Below, piece after piece: positions 23,101 to 33,025 of a DNA stretch of 64,000 nucleotides. The position numbers and the translations under genes were made by a program. The notes below the pieces were generated by a model. That model was not told the DNA's origin and made no database searches. It saw only the letters and a list, made by a program, of their open reading frames with translations. The stretch comes from Cenococcum geophilum. Its lineage: Eukaryota. Numbering within the stretch: the stretch's first letter is position 1; the number at the start of each line of letters is the position of its first letter. Location: contig CP158635.1 in assembly GCA_050273025.1 (NCBI GenBank), forward strand, positions 5,332,001 to 5,396,000, read 5' to 3'.

Positions 23101-24107
23101 TGTTCTTGCTGTTGCTAGAGCATGGCGCAAATGTCGAAGCGCTTGATATGTATGGTCTCGACCCTGTACTGAGAGCCTGCAAAGAAACCGACGATCTTTT
23201 CTACATTCAGAAGCTAGTTGAAGTAGGTGCTCGACTGAAGAAGACAGGTAGAAGCAACTGGTCCGCTTTCTACATTGCAGTCCACAATGGTAATCTCAAG
23301 ACTGCACAGTACCTCTACGATCAGGGCTTCGATAAGGACGAGATGTTGACCGAGTCTGAGAGTGAGTTGAAGGATCCCAATGATCGACTCTACAGAAGCA
23401 TCCTCGGAACGCTACTGTTCTCGCATACCCGGAATGCCGAAAGACGCATTCAGTTCTTACTGACCCTTCCGGATCGCGACGGCGACGGCTTCATCGTCTT
23501 TCGACATGGGGAAGATAAATTCTCCGCTCTACATGTGGCTGTGCCTATGATCGGCGAGGATCCTGAAGAGGCTGAAACTACGCGATTGATCGTGTTCACA
23601 CTGCTCCAGAAGTACAAAGAGAAGCATCACATTAACAGTACCGATGGCCCTCATCACAGCACTGTGCTGGGTATGGCGACTGAGATCGGCAATTACAAGG
23701 TCGTGAAAGCTTTGCTTGAGGCTGGAGCGGATCCGAACATTCCGGATGAGTACGGACGTTTGCCGCTCGACCTATTGTACTGGCGATACTGCTATCCTGA
23801 TACAACCGAAGCACTTAAATCCGTCAATATCGAGGACAAACCCCTAGTGAAACGCACGCTCGGCTTTGTAAATCGCAACACATCGGAGATACTCTCACTT
23901 CTGACAAGCTATGACGCGAAACCGAGCGTGTTTCGGTTCCCTACTTGGTTCGAGGATGATTCTGGATATCGGAGCTTCGAATGGGTTATGGAAAGACTTC
24001 AAGAGAATAGATCAAAACCTCAGACTGGACCTAGCACAGAACCGGTATGGGGCAGTCTTCCAATTACGATACCTGAGCGCCCTATGCAGTTCAAACGAAC
24101 GCAATGA
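20136..24107 (+). CDS. Protein kinase + SEL1-like helix + ankyrin-repeat protein (~1285 aa); introns 21542-21602 and 21658-21710
   Basis: GGASFDV, VVVK, TELQIL, HGDIKTSN, DFG, APE, DIYSYG; AMLNLAWAYVDEVGVGYDIQKA (SEL1-like); multiple ANK repeats (ETSLLLSC, QPLHW, GTALHW, GTPLFLAI, SAFYIAV, TVLGMA..GADPN); both introns have GT/GCTAA(C/T)/AG and keep frame. Confidence 0.92.
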
Positions 24108-25037
24108 GTGCTTACGACGCGGAAACCCCACAATGAACCTCAAAGCGACAAAAATGCATCACGAGAGCGACAATATCGGAAGCAGTGACATCGCCTTCCA
24201 GTACTCAAACGAACACATCCTGACCCTTAGCCAGCTCACTTCTGTGAGGCTATTGCAGCTATGTTGTATCTCACTACACAACGAGTGAAAAAATTTCCTC
24301 ACCACCACCACGACACAACGCGTGTGCAGCGCAGCCGTATAGACTTCTCTGCGTTAGCTCTAAGGGGCCAATTGACACGGTACAGATGGAACATCAATTA
24401 TACGAGGGTGCGATTCTGGACTTGAAACTACGAGCCGGGTGTGCCGAATTTAGTGCCAACCAATCTTTCAGAGCGACCAAGTAGAACGTTGCTGAAGAAC
24501 ACTAATTAGTCTTCGACGCACCCAGCTAAGTCCTGAGACCCCGCTGCTGCTAATCAGAAAAACGGGCTATCCTCCATGTAAATATTCTCTTTCAGCCGCC
24601 GAAGCAGACTCCGTAGCTTCGCCTTTGATCCCTAACCACGCTATCTAGCTCGTGCCAATGGCTTGTTCTTGAATCTCGAGATCTTCATCGAGGCCTAGAA
24701 CAAAAGAGCTTGCATGATGCTCATCCCCAAACCTCGCGCCATTACTCAGCCCTCGTTAGGAGAACTGAAAACTTCACGCGTCTGAGAGTTCACGCTCGCC
24801 ACGTAAAGGTTATGGTGAGCAATCAATCGACAAATTCCCAAATTCTTTGCGCAACAGGTGTAACAGGAAGAAATTCAGCTGGTCTTTCGGAATCAGGCCA
24901 CTTGACAGTAGATTAGTCACGAGACCACCCGAGACACCCGCAAGTTGATAGGCTGCTTGCTCTACACTCTACAGATTCATTAATTTAAAGGGAAGCTACT
25001 GCATCTTCCGTCCTTCCGATCCAGGCTCTCCTCTCTA

Positions 25038-25886
25038 CATGCCCGACTTTGAGGAGATCCCCTCCCACGTAAGCGACTCCCATCTTTTAAAGCAATGGCG
25101 AACCTCCGCTTGATCGAAGGAAGCAACCCAGATTACACTAAGGGGGAAAAATTGGGCAAAGGAGGCTCCGGCGATGTCTTCTTGGTGAAACGGAAGTTTA
25201 CCAGCAAAGTTAGTAGAAAGAGTGTTGGCTTTCACTTCACAAGCACTAATTATGGAGCGGCTGTTAGCTTGCAAGGAAGCGAACTTGCTGAAGAAACCGC
25301 GTAATTCCTACGGCGATCCTTCTGCCACCTTGTCTATTTAGGATGTGCAAAAGATGAGGAAAATGGTCGTGAGAGATTCAAGCAATGTGGGAATCGAGAG
25401 GCCATGAAAATATTTTGTCGTTCACTGCGGGCGTTTCGCTCGACACTAGTTCCGGAATCGTCCGAATCTATCTGGGATACTATCCTAGAGGAGCTCTGGA
25501 TGATCTTATTTCGCCACATAGCCTCAGGTGAGTTCTTCGACATTAATAATCTGGAGAGTCCGGCAAGTGACGACCTGCCCCAAGGAAGCCAATCTTTACT
25601 TTGACAATCCTTAACTGGACCGTAGAAAATAAGGCGAACGCAAGTTGAGGACTCAAAACCGCCTGACATCTATGCATTCGGTGTCACTCTTTGGTGCCTC
25701 TGCACGCAGAAATCGAAGCTGACCATACCTGACTATCTTGAGTCGATTCCTACTCATTATCCACGAGAGCTCCAAAACCTAATCACTCGATGTGTCAGCC
25801 AACGCCCACACTTACGACCTTCGACCGCAGAGGCAGTCGAAACACTTCTGCCACTTGTCACACTCTATCAAAGATTTCCAGTCTAA
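25038..25886 (+). pseudogene. Degraded Ser/Thr protein kinase
   Basis: EKLGKGGSGDVFLVKRK (Gly loop), KEANLYFD relic of the catalytic loop, PDIYAFGVTLWCLCT and YPRELQNLITRCVSQRPHLRPST; pieces separated by stops/frameshifts, no DFG found. Confidence 0.75.
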
Positions 25887-26796
25887 GGCACCTGCCGAAC
25901 TGGTGGGAAGTGGAGGCCGGACTCAGGATAACGCCGCTTCCATGTATACAGCCAATCCAAAGGCGACGTACCTGGTAGGAGGTGGAAACGGACCTGGGAG
26001 CACAGCCAGCATTATATCAAGCCAGGCGGAGGCGGTACTAGAGACACTACTAGCGCATTAGGAGCGCTCCTAGCGTGTTGCTGCGCTTATTGTGTTGCTT
26101 GTTATAGAGGTGAATAGTCTTTCTTGGGTGTGCCGAGTCGAGCTCGGTGCAATGACCCGGAGTTCTCTACACACATTTCACACCAATTGGCTGCAATTTC
26201 GGCTCCTCGGCTGCTTACCCGCTGTTGTTCCACACCGTTGATGTTCTACTTCGGCCGTTCTGGTGTAATTGCCCTCTGAAAGTTTCAATGACCCAAAATC
26301 CGGCTTGGGGTTGGGTGGCTCGGCGCGGTTAAAGATGTCGAGTTCGTTCTGAGAATATTATACGAACGAATAGACTGGATTCGTTTGAATTGGCCACACA
26401 AAGGCGCACGGACAGTCGAGTCGATTCGTGTCATGCCGTCAGTTCCGGGGGCGCTGCCGGGCTTGAGGTTAGGATGTTTTCGGCGCGAAATAAAAATTTC
26501 TCGGGGGCCGAACGAATGCATTGATGGCAAACGTCGCGGTGTGGGCGCGGTCAGCGCGCGAAGTAGGTGAGTTCGCTGCACCTCATGTGCGCCTCACGTA
26601 TGTATATATTCATACATACATACCCAACGAATCCTCCCTTTCCCCTTAAGGATTCGTCTGTATAAAGAATCGAGCCCTTTTCTATCATATATTCGAGCTC
26701 CCTACCGTTTGCCCTCACAGCGGCCGAGTTTAGGGGTCAGAGCCTAGTTATTTAATTTATATATTAAAAAACTAAAAGTATTAATATTTTATATTA

Positions 26797-27932
26797 GGGC
26801 CGTCGAAATCGGATTCTGCACCTGTACGAGGTGGCTTGGCCTACGAACCTACCGGTCTTCGGATTCAGCAGAGCCAACGCAGAGACGTCGCACAGCGTGC
26901 GGGTGGGAGTTAGTGGTCGTTGAGGCGTTGCGGGCAGTGAGAAGTTTTCACATGGGATAGTAAGATCTCGAAAGCTACCACTAACGGTACCCCCTCCTAC
27001 TATGCTCCTATCTTGAGCCCACCTATGTAATCCTCATAGATACGAGTCGGATTTAACGTCCCCTGACCCCCTAATTAAAGACATCGACGACCCTCACGGT
27101 TGACGAGCGAACGAGCAAACACGCCCCTTCCCAACCCTTAGGGCAATACGCGCCCGCGGAGAACAATAGGTCTCGTCTCGTTAATCGCACTATACTGCCT
27201 GGCAGCCTGGATAACGACCACATGGTTTTTACCCCTCCTCTACGGACTGGCCCCCCTAGAGAGGGCCTGGCAACTGGGGCCTAGGCGGAAAAGATACCCA
27301 GGGTATACACATCCCGCTCGCCTTTCAGTATTACGGTGCCGGTTACGGATGAATCTCCCTTGCGCCTTCAATGAGCTCTAGGTATCCCTTCCCCTGGTAA
27401 AATGGGTCCTACGGTTATCGATAAGAGCTAGCCAATAGAATCAGTAGGATCAAGGTTCCGTGATCATACGCGTACTTTTGATTCTGGTGTTCGCGCACGG
27501 TCCGACTCTCGTAGAACCCTACCAGGGGAAAGGATATATAATGGCAAAAAGTCTACAAGAGTGCAAGGGGGGACGGTCAAGACATAGGAGACCACTGGTA
27601 TATGGCAATCAATTAATCAACAGCAAGTCCTAGCTAGGACGTAGTGAACCTAGCTATGGATAAGCTAAGAGAAGGATGTAGTGGTACCAATGGAGATCTA
27701 AGATCCAGCAGAGGTCTAGACGCAGCTGCTGGGCCCTAGGGGCCGCTAGCTGCGTGCAGAGGTGGTTAAACGGGGTCTTTTTACCCTACTAAGATGGCTT
27801 ATAGGGGTTTTCCCCCAATATGCCAGGGGTTTTTTCCTGCACAATATTAATTTTCCCCTAGGTGCGGAGTAGTCTGCGTGGGCCGAGATAGGATCCGTAT
27901 CAGACATTAATCAAAGAGTCAATAATAGTAAC
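26797..27932 (+). mobile_element. Internally deleted / non-autonomous LINE derivative
   Basis: 3' end GGAGTAGTCTGCGTGGGCC..GGATC..ATC.GAC.TTAA matches the LINE 3' end at 7125-7170; AAT-rich tail; 14-bp TSD AATATTTT(A/G)TATTA at 26783-26796 and 27933-27946. Confidence 0.75.
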
Positions 27933-28319
27933 AATATTTTGTATTATAAAACTTGTCACATGGGGACGCAGGTGTATGGTAGCGTGAGAAGACGAAGAAC
28001 GAATCTATATACAAGCGAAATCGCAGGAAGCTCCTGTGGATGCCTGCCTACTCCCCCAACTAATAAAACTATAAGTGTTAATATTTTATACAGTTATAAA
28101 CATAAAATTTATATTATCTCATAAAGATATTAAAGAAATATTTAATCTTTATTAGGGTAGAAAACCGTGCACAAGGTGTGGCCGAGACGTCTTCCCGAAC
28201 AGCACCCGAGGAATGCTATAGTACAAAGTATAAAACCAAATAAACAGGAGTGAGCTACCTGGTCTTGAGATGCGCTCATCCGAGCTAGTCAATAACTGAT
28301 CCTAATCATCCCTTCATCT

Positions 28320-29484
28320 CTAATATATTACAGCACGAGTGTCCGGTCGGCTAGATCCCAGCTTAGGGCCAGCCCCTTGGTACCCTTGAAATCCTTGACG
28401 TCCCTCATATGCCTGCTGCCCTTGGTATGCTTGTTGTCCCTGCTGTGCTCGGTAGGTCTGGAACGCAGTTCCACTGTCTGGGCTTGACCCTCTGCTCGCC
28501 TGCTGAATGCCGGTGCGCGCCACGTCGCCCGAAAACTTAGGAACCGTAAGACCAACGATGGTGAACATGATGACGACGACAAACTCCTCGATGACGGCCA
28601 TCAGAATTCTTGCCCAGATCTGGGGGTTCATCATGCTGAACGTCTTGCTATTGCTGAATTGGCTCAGGATACTGTACAGGATGCGCACGGCCAGGAAGGG
28701 CAGCGAGAGTACGATGGCGACGAACATCCGGCGTTCGCCACCGGGGATCTTGTTGAAGTCGCGCGCCGTGATCATGGTGAGGAGGAAGAGCCCGACGTAG
28801 ATGAAGACGAACATGATGATACCGACTCGAATTTCGGTTTTGCCAGATTTCTGATCGGACGGGTTGGTGGAAGTCTCATCACTGCCGCCGGAAATACAGA
28901 GAATGAGTGCGATGGTGGCGGGAAGGTAGATGATTTGGATAACGCGGCTGCGGCGAGCGACTGCAGTAGCAGGTTTGGTGAAGCGGTAGGCTCTAGTAGA
29001 ATGTAAGCGGCGGTGAGTAGGGGCCGGGAGTGAGTGGATGTGGTGCTTACAATTTCCCTAAGATACCAAATGACATGAGTGGCATCTGATAATCCGAATT
29101 AGAGGGAATGCGTGTTGACGTTTCGTCAATTCTGTTAGATCGGGTCCAGTTAGCATTTTCAATAATTTAAAATCCTCATCCGTTTCTAGGAAAAGGAATT
29201 GCTTACAGCCGTTTCAATAATCCCAAGGCCGTTAGCAGCAGTGGAGATATGCCCACAGACTGCAAGATGGCCGACCATTTCACATCGGTTTTGTTGTCCG
29301 GATGGTGTATTGCAGCAATCTCAAAGCAGGATCCGACAATTCGGACTAAACACAGGATTCCGAGAAATCTCCAGCCGACCTGTTTATTGAAGCCGTGTCG
29401 GAAGATGATGAAGATTGCGCAGATGAGTACAGGAATGTAGACGGCAAGCTGGGCTATCGCAAGGGCTTCTTTGGAGTCAACCAT
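28320..29484 (-). CDS. Integral membrane protein (fungal multi-TM, DUF7702-like), 3 exons
   Basis: RHGFNKQVGWRFLGILCLVRIVG, LQSVGISPLL, SLPFLAVRILYS, MAVIEEFVV; two GTAAGC..AG introns restore one frame. Confidence 0.85.
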
Positions 29485-30725
29485 GGTGAAAACTTGCCAA
29501 ATAGAGGTTGATTTGGCTTGGATAGAAGTAGAAAAGGAAGATGCTGAATAATATGAAGACGGGTGTAGATGTAGTTGTAGATGAGATGGTTGTTGGATGC
29601 TGAACGATTACATTGCTGGCACGAGGTGTATCCATTATATAGATTCGAAGAGGCTGAGTAGAACGGAAAGACCGACATGATCTTCTAGGGCAAGTTGGAA
29701 TATAGAAACGGAACTACTCCATACTATCCCGGTTAGGTGAGTGCTTGCGATCATCCAGGGCAGAGCTTGTCTATGCACAAGGAGCATGGATTCCCGGGCT
29801 TGTAGCCTTACGAGTCCCATTGCAGCGATAGTAGAGTAGTGCTTCACTCTGATCAAGCCACCGACACAAAGCCTATGGCAGCCAAGCGTTACACGCGCTG
29901 CTGGTAAGACTTTCAGCCCTATATATTGTGGCTAACGGCCTCCATTTTGGGTAATACTAGAGTAGCACTCCCGCTCTGGTGGGGCTGCCGACACCGGCAA
30001 ATAGGCTTTGGCGTGATCAGTCATGCAAGCTGCAAGGCAGAGGTCGGTGAGGTGGCGGACATAGAGGGGAGAGGGGAGTCTGTTGCGTAGTCAGCGGGCT
30101 AGTTGGCGAGCTGCTTGCCCGATTCGGCATGCGAGGTGTTTGGCTGTGGGAATTTACGTATCTGAGTGTTCATCTCTGCAACCACTTCAGCAGCGTATTT
30201 GAAGGCTTAGACATATCCTTGGAAATACTGCAGGAAATTTTTACAACGCCGTCATCCAACAAGTCGACCGGTCTACCTGACTGCAAGACATGAGCCGAAC
30301 GCGGAGACTCCAAAAATCATGGCTCTATCCGTTAATAACTGAAGTCCGGAAGGTATCATTTCATCTATGAGGTTTTCCAGCTGGAGCTTCGGCTGGAGCA
30401 GAAGCAGTTCAGGCATTTGCACGAACTTGTGGAAAGGGGCCATAAAGAATGTTGATGCGGCGCTGAGACTCACCAGGTCGTGATTTCGGCTTCTCCCGTT
30501 AAACCCTAATAGGGGATAGTCTGTCGCTTCAGCATTCAATTCTCAATCGCCTCTTCCTCAATACATGCAGATATTTTTTACTCTAGTTACTGTACGTATC
30601 GTGTTCAAGAGCTGAGAAATGTGCGAATTGGATACTCTACGATAAGCGTCGACTTGGGGCTGAGAGAATTCCTGCTTGTCTAAAATAAATGCTTCTCTTA
30701 GCACAGGATGCAAGTGTTCTAGCCC

Positions 30726-32713
30726 ATGGCTACCTTCGAATATACTCCGCTGCAAGATATTGGAGACTATGAATCCGTTCAAAGCGGAAGGAGCATTCGG
30801 GAAAGTGAAAATATTGTCGATGGATCCTGGGAGATCAGATTGATTCGGCTGTTACCTAGCAAATCTCGAGCTGCACCTATCGAGTGCGAACTACTCTACC
30901 GGACGTTCAAATCGGTCAAGGGGGACTATGAAGCATTATCCTATGTGTGGGTGGACTCCAATGGAATCGAGGGTGTGCACCAGCTGTCCTCTCACATCAC
31001 ATTGAACGGCCACGCCTTCCATATAACGCCGAACCTGCATGCAGCTCTGCGCCGCCTAAGAGACTTATCTCATGATCGCACACTATGGATTGATCAGATT
31101 TGCATAAATCAAGCAGACATTCAGGAACGAAACCGCCAGGTCGACCGAATGACCCTGATATACGGCTACGCCAAGCGGACCGTCATCTGGCTAGGCGAGG
31201 AAGCATGCGAAAGCTTCCGTGCCATGCTTTTGTTAAGAGGTCTCGCGCGAGTAGCAAAGGAAAAAGACTATGAGGCAATGCTCGCCGCAGCCACCCGAGA
31301 ATTCTCAGATACCTCCAGATGGAAGGCGCTGGGCCTACTCTTCGAGCGAGCTTGGTGGCACCGCACTTGGGTCGTCCAAGAATGCGCCGTTACAAAGGAT
31401 CTAGTTGTTATCTGTGGATACCGAGATATCTCGTGGAAGGACCTCATGAGCGCTGTAATGGTTATCGGACTGTTAAGAGAGAAGAATTTAATGCCATTGT
31501 GTGTTTACAGAGTCGACAACTCTTCCGTGAGTGCACTACACAAGAGTAGGCTGCTGGTAGCGGCACGAGGAGATTCTACTATGAAATCGGCATCCGAGCG
31601 CTCACACTTTGATAGTCTTTTAGATGTTCTAACTCGCTATAGATCAAGACAAGCAAGCAATGCAAGAGACAAAGTCTACGCTCTACTGCGCCTCGCCCAA
31701 GATTTCCGAGACATAGTCTCTGCAACCTCTATGAACCTCATCCCCATCGACTATGCAAAATCTGTAGAAGAAGTCTATCATGACGTAGCCAGGTTCCTCC
31801 TCACTTCAACCCAACGTCTCGACTTCCTCTCCCACTGTCGCCTAAAGCGAAATCTAGCAAGCCTACCATCTTGGATCCCAGACTGGTCCGACACAGCCCA
31901 AGCCCCTCATCCCCTCATAGGACCCTACTCCACCACCGGCACGTCCAGCGCAATCGCCCACATCACCGCGCACCGCCTCACCGCCCAAGCCCTCCTCTTC
32001 GGCCGCGTCCAAACCACCAGCGACATCTGCAACGCCACCAACTTCTCCCACCCTTCCCTCTCGCCCACATTCCGCCGTTGGAAAGCCCTCGCGCTAGGTC
32101 ACCATCCCCAGACCGCACGCGCAGACGAGGGCCTCCAGCCCCAACACCAACAGGAGCACGAGCAAGAGCACGAGCAAGAGCACGAGCAAGAGCACGAGCA
32201 AGAGCACGAGCAAGAGCACGAGCAAGAGCGAGAGCAAGCATTCCTCCGCACCCTCCTCGCCGACCGCGTCCGCAACGCCCGCCTCGACCGCATAACCCTC
32301 TTGTCCGCCATCGCCGCCTACCGCATCTGGGCCGCGCGCGCCCCCCCTACCGACAGCGGGTCCACGACGTGCTGGAGACGCTCGACTTCAGCCACGCGCT
32401 GCAGCGTGCGTGTCTCGGGCGGCGGTTCTTCGTCTCGGGGCAAGGCGCGCTGGGGCTGGGGCCTGCGGAGACGGAGGCAGGGGATGTGCTGGTGGCGGTG
32501 AGGGGTGTGCGGGTGCCGGTTGTTGTGAGGATGGGGGAGAGGCTGGGAGAGGAGGGCGTGTTGGTTGGAGAGTGGTGGGTTGCTTGCCTGTTTGATTCTT
32601 GTGGATGTTTCGCTGATTGATTGTGTAGCTATGTGCATGGTTGTATGGACGGAGAATTGGATAGTGAGTTGGGTGCTGAGAGTGGGAAGTATCAGACTGT
32701 TGTCTTCAGTTGA
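30726..32713 (+). CDS. HET-domain (HET-6-like) heterokaryon incompatibility protein; frameshift at C7 run 32341-32347; intron 32575-32628
   Basis: IRLIRLLP, YEALSYVW, LWIDQICINQADIQERNRQV..MTLIY, WWHRTWVVQE, RDKVYALL, LPSWIPDWS; alternate frame gives GRRFFVS..GLGP..GDVL..PVVVR and, after splicing, LVGECYVHGCMDGE. Confidence 0.9.
32154..32237 (+). repeat. 12-bp coding tandem repeat (GAGCACGAGCAA)x6 plus 1 variant, encoding EHEQ
   Basis: Read directly in sequence and translation. Confidence 0.95.
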
Positions 32714-33025
32714 TGGGGGCTGGCATCCATTTGTAATGTGTGGATCAGATGGGTTTACGAGACCTAAAGAGCTTACGCACGTAGATGTGGACTACTAAGT
32801 GCCGCGATATTTCACAACTAATCTCAAGCGTCAATTGTCGGGGGCTAGAATGATAGTACCGACGTAAATGCATGTGCTTTTGTCTCTATATTCGCAGCAC
32901 TACTTGACCCATTCCATCCTACCCCGCTGTCCGAGGATCAACCTTCCGTACCCTAACCCATAATGCTAAATACGCCTCCAGATTCTGCCACCGGAGGATG
33001 TAATGAAATAGTTTTACCAACTGGC

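Noticed and set aside
26820..26880. tRNA-derived SINE head
   Set aside because: No convincing B box or cloverleaf
17760..28200. Starship-type giant transposon
   Set aside because: No tyrosine-recombinase captain gene or recognisable termini in the window
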